From: the human T2T-CHM13v2.0 reference genome, Homo sapiens
Assembly (NCBI RefSeq): GCF_009914755.1
Contig: NC_060927.1
DNA: 64,000 nucleotides
Reading direction: 5' to 3' (one strand)
Shown here: piece by piece, positions 1 through 20,929 of the stretch
How the letters are laid out: every line of letters starts with the position of its first letter
Numbering within the stretch: position 1 is the first letter of the stretch
Program-made: the position numbers and the translations under genes
Notes under the pieces: generated by a model
The model's input: the letters and a program-made list of their open reading frames with translations, nothing else
What the model was told of the DNA's origin: nothing
Databases searched by the model: none

Positions 1-1715
1 AAAACACAGTGATAGACCTGGGGAAAATAAAGACAGTATTTCTATGTCCTTGAAACAATTGGGCAATGAGAAGGAATCTAGAGCTGGAAATGTGATAACC
101 CAGTGTGAACACACACAAAAGTCTCGGCATCCTGTTCTACATGTCAAAGAGGAGAGTCGGTGATCTCTTTCTGGGAACTGTAGATGAGAAGTCTTGAGTT
201 TTTCTTCTGCACATTTTGAAAGGCATATTTCATAAGAACTTAACTTTCAAGGGCAAATAACACGCATGGCTTCCCCCTGTGTTGTCCTCACTTTTACAAA
301 GGAGTTCTTCCTACTCTCTTACCACGTGCTCCCCCCAGAGATTTGGTACCAGACACATGTGGCTGTTATACATGATGGAAATCCCTTCCATGGACGTTAT
401 TCCTACCCATGAAGGAAAGGAGTCTGAAAGCTGAAATAATCTGCCAAAGATCAAACAGCTGTTAAGTAATGGAGCCTAGACCCAATCTCTGATCTTCCAA
501 TGGCAAAACCTATGCTCTGTCAACTTTATGGTACTAATTACAATGATTTATAATTTCATTTAAAACATTTATTTAAGTGGCTTGGTATTTTCCAAATATA
601 ATTCCAGTAGAACCACAGGAGAGACCTGGGCTAAATGAATACCTCCAGGAAATAGCACAGAACACTCTTAACTTCATTATTACTTCTTAAATTATTACTT
701 AAGTTGCTACAATTACTGCTGAACTTACTAATGAAATTGGTAAAATGCCAAAACAGCAGGAAAGGATCGGCATATAAATCACTCAATTCCTTGTCAAATA
801 AGCTTAAGTACTGTTAATCAGAAGTATGCCAGTTTTGATTTTAAAATCCTGTTTATTTTTCTCTGAGGATTTCACACCATGTAGAAATTAAAAAAAAAAT
901 GAAACGATGACGATGACAACAAAAGCAGGTACTCTATAATTTTTTTAAAATTTTCAACAAGTGAGAATTTTAATGAATTAAGGGAAAACACTAGTAATCT
1001 ACTAAGCCTGAGAAGCAAAGATAAAAATTCCTTAAGAACAGCAACAAAGATAGCTTCCTCTTTAAGTTATGAAGGTGATTTCTTAAAATGTCAGCATTTC
1101 CTGAAACAATATTAAATATGCTCTGATTTTGCACTAATTTTCAATAATAGGAATTCTAGGTCAGAAAAAACTGCAAAATTAATATTTCTTTGTGACTTTC
1201 ACTGACTGGCAAAGTAAAACTATGTTATAAATGTACTTGTAAAAGCAATAAACATGTATTTATCCTTTGCAATTAAATTGTTGAAGTAAATGATAAAACT
1301 GTTGAATATCTCAGTGGAGAGATAATTGACTATTTTATATGAGCAAGCACTCTCCCCTAGAATTTGTCATGTATTCTGATTTTATAGCTGCTAAAAATAG
1401 AATTGTTTTTCAAATTTAATCATTCAAAAAATTTTTGATTATTAGTTTTTGGCCATAAATAAATAGACAGCTTTTTCATGTCTCATTGTCATATTTAAAA
1501 AGAGGTGCTTTTGAACAAAATCAGTTGTCCTATAGGCAGCACAAGGTACTCAGTAGGGGTCTAAATATTAAAAAGAATGACATTTTTTTTTTTTTTGTGA
1601 GTCAGATAAATTTTACATAAGGTTGAATAGTACTAGAGCTTCAGGATTTGATACCATGTTTTCTACAATTCTGCTCACTCTCTGTGGCCCCTTAATACTT
1701 CTTGTCCCTGCTTAA

Positions 1716-1744
1716 AACAACAACAACAACAACAACAACAACAA
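1716..1744. repeat. (AAC)n microsatellite
   Basis: About 9 tandem AAC units. Confidence 0.9.
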
Positions 1745-2886
1745 ATCTCTTCAGGCCATTTCTTTAATCCAAAGATACACTGTTATGTAGATGTCAACTG
1801 GGTCATATTTCACTATAAAAGAATAGAGCGACTTCATTAGCTTAAACATATATATCGACAATATGTTCGACTCATTCTTCTCATGGCTACCAATTAAAAT
1901 CTAGCAGAAAACCATTAAATTGTTAAAATAAGATGCAAACTAAGCAGAATGAAGCAACTATAGGTTGTTTATCTATCACCAGGAAGACATGCTCAATCTT
2001 TAAGAGAAATCATGATCTCATGATCTACTTGCTCATATAACATTTCATTGAGTCAATCTAAAATTCCTCAAGTGCTCTCTAAAAATCTAGTTTCTGATAG
2101 GTGTTACATTTTTTGAAATTTTGGAGAAAACAACCACAGTCTCCTTCCCTATAGGTGTTTCTAGGAAGTTTGGTAAAATTTTGACAATTAGCAGTGGATT
2201 TCCCCAGCGTTCTTGAGAACTGGTCAAATTCTACTGAAGTTCAGACTTACAAATATTTTCCCCTCTTTTTTTTCCCAACTTATTTTTCTGCCTGGGGCGT
2301 TCGTTTTATAACCAAAGTTATACTGGCACCCCTGTTTTTAAAACCTTTTTGAGTCAACTGTGGTAACACCTAATTCCAGACTCAACCTTAGTGGCAGAAA
2401 TTGTAAAGCAACTGAGAGGATTCATGCTCTGGTAGGCTTTTAAATATGAAGAGTTTACTTTCTCTTTTATCCTGTACAGTATAATCAGCAATAAAAGTTA
2501 TCTCTTGGGGGATGAAGAATAAACCAAGGTATAAACTGCAAAAGACATGTTTACCTAGGTATATTGCATTACCCCCCAATGAAAAACTGCACATTCCTAA
2601 ATATATAAATGAATAATAAGGACCACTTATCATGCATGCAATTTTTTTTTACTACTACTGTACTTTTGATTAAACTTCTGAAATAGTCCTAAAATAGAAC
2701 TCATGAGTTCAGGTTGTGGCTGTAAACATAAAACTCTCTGTCAGTCCAAGTGGAAATGGTGTTGCCACCTTGAGTATTTGGAAAAATAGAAGAAAGAGTT
2801 TGCTACAAATATCCCAGTAGCAAAATATTTCCTGCCAATTGCACATGGTGCAATCTGTCATCTCACATCCATGCTCCTGGGCGTAC

Positions 2887-3028
2887 CTGTCTACAGACGA
2901 TCCTCTTGTTCCGACCAGTACTCAACAGAAGATGGCGAGGACCGTGTCTGTCGTGTCTATGCTCGTGGCTGCAACCCCAGCATCTAGCATAGCGTCAGGC
3001 ACAGGACCAATGCTCAATGTGCCTGGCC
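2887..3028 (-). other. IL5RA: IL5RA non-coding exon 2 (5' UTR, 142 nt)
   Basis: Acceptor ttccacacag|GGCCAGG and donor GACAG|gtacgc on the minus strand. Joined to exon 1 it gives CATTTCTCAGGCCAGGCACATTGAGC...GTAGACAG, which matches my recollection of the IL5RA mRNA leader. Confidence 0.88.
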
Positions 3029-4281
3029 CTGTGTGGAATAGAAGCAAATTAGTGCACAGCCCTAATGTGCAATGTGCGGTGAAACCTAACAGAGGAATGA
3101 GTTAGGTCAGGAGAGCAGCAGGCTGGGGAGTGTGTAACAAGCCTGGCCCACTTTTGGTATTTTGCCTAAAAATTTCCCATGCAGTGTTTCAAATAATATA
3201 AACAAATGAGGTGATTTAACTTCTAAAACTTTATTTTGCTTTGAAATGCAAACTTCTAACAAATAGCTACATAAATTCCTTTTTCGATAACCATGAAAGA
3301 GGACATATTCACTTAAAATAGAAATCATGCCAGGTAATAAAATGTTCAGTATGGTAATTCATTAAAGCAAGTACTAAGTACATTATTCACATGGCTATAA
3401 AAGCACCATCACTTTTCATGTGTTTATTAATTTTAGGCTCAAGGGTATTAAAATATTCTCGCTCTGTCTCTCCTTTTTCCCCCTTTTTTTTGGTTCCATT
3501 TCATCCTTTTTTCTGTCTACATGGAAATATGCTTACCTTGCTTTAGGTAAATACATTAGTGAACACAAAACCAAGTGACATATTTCAGCAAATTTGGGTA
3601 CATTTTATATACAATGAAACAATCTTGGAAATCCAAGAACCCCTACCAGAAAGAAAAAGCAGAACGCCTCCTTCAGTTAGATAAAGTGCCTCTCTCTACT
3701 TTTTGTTGTTGTTTCTTTATTTGTAGATTTCTTGCTTAACTCTGAAACTTCCTGAGATATTTTATTAAACCCTATACCCTATTTTGGAAGCTCATTTATT
3801 TTCTAAGAAATCTTGGCAGAATATATGTTCTCATTTTAATTGCATAATTATCTGGAGCGGTGGAAAACAGATGTCTTATATTGATGTAAGCACTAACAAA
3901 ACCATAGGTGTTGTTTTCATATGACTCACCTTGCCACGGATTTGCACATCTCACTTACTGAGCCAAAACACAAGAATAGAAGGTTATACCCAGAATCAAC
4001 ATGACCTGCCTAATGATGCAAGTTTAATGGGACCATTATTAGTTCTGTCCCTGCTAATAATAATAGAATTATAAGGAGTTTTGTTTCCCCTTTTTGTTGT
4101 TTACAAGTTTGTCATATATTTAGAAGTCATTGTTTCTTGCTTTTCCTAACCCTCCTCCCCACCCTGGGTGTAGTGAAATTATTAGGAGGTGGAGCACAGG
4201 GTATTGTTACAGCCCATGTCATAGAAAAAAGATATTTATTTGCTTACTCTGTGGTGAGTGAAGCATTTGATTCCCACTTAC

Positions 4282-4600
4282 TGAGAAATGCGGTGGCCAT
4301 GCGATGAGAAGCAGCGGCAGGGCATTGAGAACGAACCTTATCTCTGGGTGCACTTTTTAACTTAGAGGCGGTTCTTCACTCTTTCATCATCACGGCTGTA
4401 ATGGTTAAAAACTCTCAGGCAGCTTCCTTCATGATGGGATGGCAACACGTTTTCTCTAAGCAAATATGGAGGAGGATTTGTACAGAGCAACTGTGCAGGA
4501 GCTGAACTGGAACTCCCAACAACCAAACTGCTGTCAAACGAAAGAATCTCTCGTCCAGATAGCCATTATCTGATAACTGTCTTGTCTGCATTTTCACTCT
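4282..4600 (-). other. IL5RA: IL5RA non-coding exon 1 (5' boundary/TSS uncertain, ~4330-4700)
   Basis: Donor TTCTCA|gtaagt at 4282/4281; the sequence CCGCTGCTTCTCATCGCATGGCCACCGCATTTCTCA is recognised as the IL5RA leader. Confidence 0.8.
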
Positions 4601-4775
4601 CTTTCAGAGTTGGTTTGCTCTCTTCAGGAGTGGGAATTAACTTTTACTCATGGTGACAAGGTAAACAAGTTTTCCGTGGGTACTCTAAAGCGTTGCATTT
4701 CTGTTTTGTTTATGTGCCTTGTTTGGCTACAGTAGTTACTGTGCCTCTGTCTCCTAGGCAACACTGACACATGAT
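4555..4775 (-). promoter_or_regulatory. IL5RA: IL5RA upstream (P1) promoter/enhancer elements: RFX X-box, AP-1-like site, clustered GATA sites
   Basis: GTTGCCTAGGAGAC (minus strand, 4749-4762) fits the RFX X-box; adjacent TGACACA at 4766-4772; AGATAG and TTATCTGATAA at ~4557-4576. Consistent with eosinophil-lineage regulation of IL5RA. Confidence 0.6.
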
Positions 4776-5771
4776 TTGATAGGAAGTAAGGCCTGAGGAG
4801 TACCCTCTCCCCACTCACTAGGCAATAGCAGCAATTCTCTGCCCTTAGAGAACCGCCTTAGCTCTTCTCTGCTTTGTGAGCAGGTCTGGTACCCTCAAGT
4901 AAATATGTGTGGGGGATGCGTTTCTGGGTGTGATAAATTGCTGCTGTCTGTCACCTGAGATCATCCTACACAAATTGTAACAATGGCAGTGTTGGTCTGT
5001 GGGTGCACCCAAGACCACCTTCCTCACGTCACATCCATTTTACCACCCAGCTGTCTTCAGAATGCTTCAATTTCAGCAAACCTCCTTGGCTTTTCCTGTC
5101 CTTTGTTCCATTTCTGTTTGATTCCTTCTGGGGAATTTCGAGGTGGCTAGCTAGCAAAGCTGGCTTTAAAAAAGTAGCTTAGCGTGTGAATAGATAAGAG
5201 TAGTGCTTATTGTATGACCCAAGGCAGAGAGTAGTAAGTAGTTGCCTTTGGAAGGAGACCTTCAGTCTAGCCTAAGCGATGAGTGATGCAGGATTCCCTG
5301 TCTCCTTAGGAGCCGACTGGGAGAGTCTCAGACAGAGCAGATGCAGAAAGATGGTGGCCCAGGTTGGATCAGTGGTTCTGTTTGTGAGATGAGAGACAGG
5401 CTTCCTGGAGGCAATTTCCAAAAGGCTCAGTGTAGAAGCTGTGCAAGTACAGTCAGCGTGTGTGCCTGGGGTTCCCAAGGTGACCATTTTAGCAGTTGCC
5501 AAAATGAAACCGGAGCAATTGTTATCAGGTTGAAAATTGTTGTCAGACCTGAAAAATGTGATTTTCCTCGGGGAAAGGGGAAGTAAAACAAGGAACAGAG
5601 AGAGATCCATTTATTTGCTAAGAGGCACCCAGAAAAGTTTAGATATAGTATCAACTATCTGGCCTACTCTTTTAAGTCCTGCCCATCTGTTTATACATGT
5701 AACATATTTGTCACTAATGAAGCCTTAAAAATACTTATTAATCATTGGGAAGACAGTAATTTCTGGCTTAA

Positions 5772-6102
<331 letters not shown>

Positions 6103-6245
6103 AGTGGTCTGTATATTTCTTACATTCATTTACTCAAATATTCATTGAATGCACCTATGCACTATGCTAGGCACGGTGAAGGGTATAAAGAAAATTAGAT
6201 CTGGCTGCTCCTTCCATACCACCTTCCTGGGTATATGATCTTTAA

Positions 6246-6686
<441 letters not shown>

Positions 6687-7126
6687 TGTTTGGTTTTTTA
6701 TGGCAATAATTTAATTCTTTATAATAAAGTGTAAACGTCCAAAGACACTATGATAGAACATGCTGGAAGAATTCACAAAAGTCGTTTTTTTAAAAAGTGA
6801 AATTAAATGTGTCTGCATCCTTTAAGCAAAACAATGTGAGTTTAGCCAAATAGAAATATGAATAGTAATAAAACGAAAATCATGGTTCAGTGGCTCTACC
6901 ATGAACTTTGGTTAAAGGAGCTTATTAAAGGTATCAACTTCTAGAACTTGATTCCATGGAAATAATGGAAAAATGTAGATCAAGATTTATACAAAAGAGA
7001 GCAAAATTCATTGTACCTTTACAATAGTAAAATAGTAAAAGTACTATAGGAATGGTGAAGAGAAATATGTAACTGCTCAAGGTTGAAATATGTGATGTGG
7101 ATGTCAAAAGGAATGTTTATCAATAA

Positions 7127-7409
7127 CTTTTTTTTTTCTTTTGAGACAGGGTGGTGCCCTGTCACCCAGGCTGGAGTGCAGTGGCAGGATCTCGGCTCAC
7201 TGCAGTCTCTGCCTCCTGGGTTCAAGTGATTCTCGTGCCTTAGCCCCCGGAGTAGCTGGGATTGCAGGCATGTGCCACCATGCCAGATAATTTTTGTATT
7301 TTTAGTAGGGAGAGGGTTTCACCATGTTGGCCAGGGTGGTCTCAAACTCCTGGCTTGTGATCCTCCCACCTTGGCCTCCCAAAGTGCTGGGATTACAGGT
7401 ATGAGCCAA
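7127..7409 (-). mobile_element. Alu
   Basis: Reverse dimeric Alu with poly-T head. Confidence 0.9.
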
Positions 7410-7554
7410 TCAAGAACTTTTAATAACATAGGGTATTATGAAAAAATGTTAAGTAAAAACAACAGGAGGGTATACACACATGTAATTTTTTTTTACAGTC
7501 TTATTTTTGGTCAGAAGATCAGACTAACAGGAATAGTTATCTCTAAGTGGTAGG

Positions 7555-8000
7555 TGTATTAGTCAGCTATTGCTACAGAACAAACAACCACAGATCCCTC
7601 AGTGGTAAACTGTGATAGGCATGTATTTGTAGCCCATGTGTCTGAGTTTTGACTGGGGTCTGCTTAATCTTGGGCTGGGATCCAGATCACAAAGTGAGTT
7701 CAGATTTGTTCCAAGTATCTGCCATTCATTTGGAACCAGTGGCTACCCAGGGCATAATCTTTTTATGGTGACAGCAAAAGTGCAAGAGAGCAGGACCAAC
7801 TGCACAAGCACGCATCAAGCATCTGCTCATGTCACATTCCCTGACATCTCAAGAGGCTGAGCAAATTGCATGGCCAAGCCCGGAGTCAAATGGACGAAGC
7901 CCAAAGTACATTCCACCATGATAAGGCCATGATAAGGATGTGGACATGGACAACTCCTAGTGGGGAGTGAAGAAATGGGACCAACAGTTCATTCTACCAC
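7555..8000. mobile_element. MLT1-family (MaLR) LTR, degraded
   Basis: Begins tgtattagtcagctattgct...aacaaacaaccac and ends ...ttctaccac, typical MLT1 termini. Confidence 0.6.
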
Positions 8001-8094
8001 GGCAGGGTTAGTGTTTCTCTTACTTTTATTCTGTGTTTCTATATTTACAAACGTTTTATTCTGTACAAATGCAGGCAGAAAAAGTTATTTTAAA

Positions 8095-10272
<2,178 letters not shown>

Positions 10273-10551
10273 AATACCCTAGCAGGATTAGATACCCTCA
10301 AAGGATTGAAACAGAATTCTGGGTAATCGTTAGAAAAATTCTAGTGTAAAATCAATCTGTTGAGTTATCCCATGTAGCTAAAATTAAAAGCATATCTTTA
10401 TTCAGTAAAGAATTTCAGTAGCTTAAGCTTTTTTCAGTTCTTTAGTCCTTTTTTCAGTTCTTTAGTCAGAGACCAGTTCTTTGCTCTGAAAACCAGATAC
10501 AGGAAATCAACCAGAATGTGTAAAAACAATAGCAAAAACTACACAATTAAA

Positions 10552-10870
10552 CTTCTTCTTCTTCTTCTTATCATTATTATTTTGAGATGGAGTCTCTTTC
10601 TGTCACTCAGGCTGGAGTGCAGTGGTACGATCTAGGCTCACTGCAACTTCTGCCTTCTGAGTTCAAGCTATTCTCCTGCCTCAGCCTCCTGAGTAGCCAG
10701 GACTACAGGTGTGCGCCACTACGCCCGGCTATTTTTTTTTTGTATTTTTTAGTACAGATGGGGTTTTGCCATGTCGGCAAGGCTGCTCTCGAACTCCTGA
10801 CCTCAGGTGGTCTGCCCACCTCGGCCTCCCAAAGTGCTGGGATTACAGGCATGAGCCACCACACCTGGGC
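10552..10870 (-). mobile_element. Alu (AluS)
   Basis: Reverse dimeric Alu; tail decayed to (CTT)n. Confidence 0.9.
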
Positions 10871-11298
10871 TAAACTTATGTTGTTAATGTAGATTAATGT
10901 CCCATTTCAGTCAAAAGAGAAGCTACCATGTTCCTGGGACTGTCAGTTGCCTTATACACACGGTCACATCACAGCTCTATAAACCTCTTTTACAGATGAG
11001 TATACTGAGGCTTAGAGAATTTACATAGCACAGACTCTTTGTGATGCTCTCCAAATTCACATTGCCTAGAATGGCAAAACCTTAATTCCATGATTGTCAT
11101 AATTATTATTTTCACAAAACAGTACAATTGTTTAACTTGGACTGTCTGATTTGATGGTGGTGAGTGTGGAGTTCCTCTTGAGAAACTCCTGATTATTTCA
11201 GAATAAGTCTGAATGTGATGTTATTTGGGAAGATCACTCTCTCTCTTGTCTTTCCCTCAAGTGTGCATTAAACTGCTGCTTGTATTTGTCTATTTAAC

Positions 11299-11640
11299 TT
11301 TATATATATATATATATATGTTATATATATATATGTTTTATATATATAATATGTAATTTTTTTGAGGGTCTCACTCTGTCTCCCAGGCTGGAGTGCAGCG
11401 GTGCAATCATGACTCACTGCAGTTCAAACTCCTGCGCTCAAGCGATTCTCTTGCTTCAGCCCTCCAAGTAGTTACGACTACAAGCGCACACCACCATGCC
11501 AGGATAATTTTTGTATTTTTTGTAGAGAGAAGATTTCGTCATATTGCCCAGGCTGGTCTCGAACTCCTAAGCTCAAGTGATAAACCCGCGTTGGCCTCCC
11601 AAAGTGCTGAGATTACAGGCATGAGCCACCATGCCTGGCC
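11299..11640 (-). mobile_element. AluJ with adjacent (TA)n microsatellite
   Basis: AluJ diagnostics; TA run at 11299-11350. Confidence 0.85.
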
Positions 11641-12499
11641 TCATTTAAATTTTATATCATACCAAATATTATGTTTATATCTCTGTCTCCACCACAGAGA
11701 TGGCCAGGTGCAAGTCTCATACCTCCGATCTGAATGTAGATTAGACAATAGGTCTTTATTTTATCGAGCTTGGTTTTGTCAGAATTCATCCTAGTATCCA
11801 GCACACAGAGGAGGTCCTCGTGCTTTAAGGAAAGAGGGTTTCTGTTTTTGTAAAAGGGAATTCCATTTGAACCTATATTTTGAAGGTAAAAAATGCAATG
11901 GAGAACATCACAAGGAAACTGAATTAGGCTCCTCTTGATTCTGATCTGAGGCTGCTGATAATTCAGAATTTTGAAGGTGATTATTCTCAGTCTTTACCCT
12001 TGGGCCTTTGTTCTTTTAACTATTATTGAAGTCTCATCTTTTAAAATTAATGACCCGGTATGACATTTCAGAGCAGCTAAAATTGATTTGTCTATTTACT
12101 TACCTCTTTTAAAAGTAAAATAAAATTGCATTTGTGTGTAAAATCCCCCAGCACCAATGAAAATTGCGATTCTACATTTGCTGAGAAATATCTTTATTTG
12201 TCCTCTGGGAGATCTTAAACTTTAGTTGCCTTCTATTAAAGTTTTATGAGAACAAAACTAGCAAATGACTTTTTCTCCAAACAGGTACTTTTGGTTGTTT
12301 CAAAGAAAGAATACATTCTTGAAACAGAACTTGTTCTTTTAAACAAATTACTCAGTGTCACTTACAATGAAAAGTGAGGGTGGGGAGGGGTGTGAATAAA
12401 TTGCACAATATTAAAATTAGGTCATATTTATGTTTTTTCTGACTTGTCTAAATATTGCCTCAAATATCTTCCCCAGGAGGCCTAAAGTGCTATAATTTA

Positions 12500-12977
12500 A
12501 GTTTTTTGCAGAGACAGAGTTACACTATGTTACCCAGGTTAGTCTCAAACTCCTGGGCTCAAATGATCCTCCTGCTTCAGCCTCCTTAAATGCTAGGATT
12601 ACAGGTGTGAGCCACTGTGCCCAGCCTAATCCATATTTTTATGGAAAGCATTATTTTCCCTTCACTGTCCTTTTTTATTTATTTTTGAGTTGGAATCTTG
12701 CTAGGTTGCTGAGGCTGGAGTGCAGTAGTACAATCATGGCTCACTGCGGCCTCAATCTCCTGGGCTCAAGTGATCCTCCCACCTTAGCCTCCCAAGGAGC
12801 TGGGACTACAGGCTTGTGCCACCGCACTTCGCTGCTTTTTTTTAAAAAATCTATTTTTAGTAGAGACAAGGTCTGGCCATGTTCCTGGTGCTGGTCTCTA
12901 ATTCCTTAGCTCAAGTGATCCTCCAACTTTGGCCTCCCAAAGTGCTGGGATTGCAGGTGTGAGCCACTGCACCAGCC
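12500..12977 (-). mobile_element. Alu left arm (12500-12626) plus full AluJ (~12670-12977)
   Basis: Two reverse Alu pieces, each followed by the same ~50-bp flank. Confidence 0.85.
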
Positions 12978-13197
12978 TAATTCCTATTTTTATGGAAAGC
13001 ATTATTCTTCCTTCTCTGTCCTATTTTAAAATATAAGTGCACTGGGAACAGTGATATGTTAGGGAAGGCTGATGTGGAGGGGACAGTCCTAGAGTAATTG
13101 CTGGTGGGCAGTGGCGAACTCCATCAGAAAGGTCTCACCCTGCTATTTGATGGGTCTACCTCTACTCGGCTGTGGGTTTTCATTTGAAATCGAACTA

Positions 13198-13530
<333 letters not shown>

Positions 13531-14782
13531 CTAAAACCCAGAAAGGTGGGTGGGGCGGGGGGGAATAGAAAGAGTATTCAGCATTGAGGCTGATGCAGTT
13601 AATGCTAAGTCGAGCCATCAATTCTTTGTGACATCATTTTCCTTGATAGTCCTGTTATCTTTTCATCCACTAAGTTACTAAAGCACAGGCTCGGAGGTTG
13701 TGGTAGGCAGCCCTGTGGACCCATTTTAGACTTCTGACCTCCAGGACTGTGAGATGATACACCAATGTGGTTTTAAGCCTTGAAGTCTGTGGTAATTTGT
13801 CACAGCAGCCATAGGAAATGAATGCAGGGGTCTTTCCTCATGTCTCATTCCACTCCACCCTCACCGCCTTCCAGTTTGACTCTAGCATTCACTCAGTTCT
13901 CTTCCCCACTGTGGCAACGTGCTGGCCCACCCTCCTGGGCATAACTGCCCCAGCCTCTTGCTTGGGCTCTCCAACCCATTTTCATGCTGCAGTCTGCCTG
14001 ATGGCAGGAAACCACAGATAGGTTTATGAAAACCCCTGCTTTGAAAAACCTTTAATATCTTGCTATTGCCATTAAAATTAAATCCAGATGTCATCCCGAG
14101 AAGCACCCAGCACTGCATGCTCTAGTCCCTGCCGTCTTCTCCAGCCTTATCAGTGTTCAATGGTGGTTTTGAGGCAGAATATCTGGCTCCAAATTCTGCC
14201 TGTGCCACTTACTCTCTGTAGGACCTTAGACAAATAAACCTCTCTATGCCTCAGTTTCCTCTTCTATACAGTACCTAATTGGATGTTTGTGAAGATTAAA
14301 CAAATTAATCAAAATAAAATGCCTGGCACTATTCTAAACACAATACCATTGGTAGGTAGCCTTATTCTTACTGTATTACCCATGCCACTGGCAAATTGTG
14401 AGCACTGAAACCTCTGGTGAATGAATGAATGCATAAATGAATGGAAGTAATGTTACATTCACAACTTCTCTGTGTGTACCATTGCTTCTCTCTCTAGTGT
14501 GCAGAATGAATCAGTGTCACAGACACATAGTCAAAATTTAGATAAGCCAAGAGACAATTGAACACTGGGGAGCCACATTTTGGCTACTAGATGTACAAAG
14601 AACGGATCTAAGATCTGGTTTACTATGAAGAAAGATGGAAGCTCTTTGAGGCAATTGCTAAACTCTTGAGGGCATCTCTAGTAAGCACTGAAGGACACTC
14701 GAACCAGTGTTCAGACCTAACATTGGTGTATCTAAGAAATATTGATATATACTTCTAAGCTGTTCTTATCTTACTTTTCTGA

Positions 14783-15076
<294 letters not shown>

Positions 15077-15588
15077 TGAATTTATTTAATAATGTGTAGC
15101 CTTCTAACTGAAGAGTAATATTCATGACTGTGGTGTTTCCACAGAAAGGTATAAACTTGCCAGATGCTAACAGCACTCCCTGTCTATGGTATTTACTTTT
15201 GGGTATGTTCTACAGAGAGAGAATATTTCCAGTAGGATTTCTGTGCAGTAAATGTCAGTTCCTTTGCAGATAAAGTTTTATTTCCTTTAGGATGGGTCTA
15301 TATTAAGAGATAATAGAAAACGTCTTGTGTGGGAGAGAGGAGTTTGAGACCGCTTTGGTTGTCTTCACCATGTCCTAAGGGGTTGAACTGGGCATTCTGT
15401 CCAGAGTTCTTTCACCCTTTAGTTTAATGACCTCAAAGTTCTGTCCTGCTTTCATAGGTACATACTTCAATAATTGAATTTTCATGTTCTTAATTTTTTT
15501 TGCTAATATATAAAAATGTAATTACTTTTGGGGGGAGGCTTATTGAGGTATAATTTATAAGCAGGAAAGTTTACCTTTTAAATGTACT

Positions 15589-16278
<690 letters not shown>

Positions 16279-16279
16279 A

Positions 16280-19020
<2,741 letters not shown>

Positions 19021-19100
19021 TTTTGTTTTATTGTCTTGGCCAGTACAGGAGGAATTCTCTTACTCTCTCTCTTTCTCCTCTCTCTCTCTCTCTCTCTCTC

Positions 19101-19687
<587 letters not shown>

Positions 19688-20228
19688 TATATACACCTGC
19701 ATATATAAACTATATATTTACAAGGCCAGAAATTGTTGAGGGTGCCCAGCACAGTAACTGGCACGAAGTAAGTCATCATAATAGTTGTATTAGCGTTGCC
19801 TTCATAGGTGGTGATTTGGAGAATCTATTCTAGGTGGGTACAGCAATGGAGGCTTTGGTCCAGTTTGTCTAGGGTCATGGTGGTGAGAAATAGCAGACAA
19901 GCCTGAAAGGATGATTTGGGGCTTTCCTTGCCCCAAAGAGAGAGAGAGACAGAAAATCCTTGCACCGGATGATATCAATGCTGTGCCTCTGAATGTCCAT
20001 TTGGAAAGCCAGTCCTGTGCTTCCAAAAACAGGATATTCAACACCTTGAAGAGGTGTGGTAATTGCACATCTTACTTTTTACGTTTTAGGAAGTCTACAG
20101 AGAGTGGGGCTGAAAAGTTTGGGAAGAACAGGTAGGCATGTGGGGAGGGCAAAAGAACAGAAATAACATGCACAAGCATTTTTCTAGGAAAATTTTAGGG
20201 AAAGCTAAGTGATGTAAAGTTACACTTA

Positions 20229-20545
<317 letters not shown>

Positions 20546-20929
20546 CTACACATTTTCGCACTTTAAGGGCTCAACGGCTGTATTCCCACTCCTTTGCCAC
20601 TCTCTTTGCTCTTTTCCGCTCTAGAAAGAATTAATGAACTGGATCAAATCTAAGTTCTCCACGTTACAGATGGGAAGCCTCCGGGCCAAGGAGGCCAATG
20701 GTTACACAAACCAGGTAAGAAAATAAAATATGCCCAGTAAGTTCATAGGACCGGCGGGCTTAGATTTCGAATGCGCGTGACTCTGTCAACTGTGGACTTA
20801 ACCCTATGCAGAGATTAGAGGAGAGAATAGTCAAACACGGATAAGTTAACATTTACCGAACAGTCCGTCCTACCCTGGGGTAGGTTTTATTAACAGTCTC
20901 GTTTTGCAAAGGAAGACAGCTGCCAGTTG

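Noticed and set aside
10431-10467. 17-bp direct repeat ttttcagttctttagtc (period 20)
   Set aside because: Isolated intergenic slippage duplication with no functional context.
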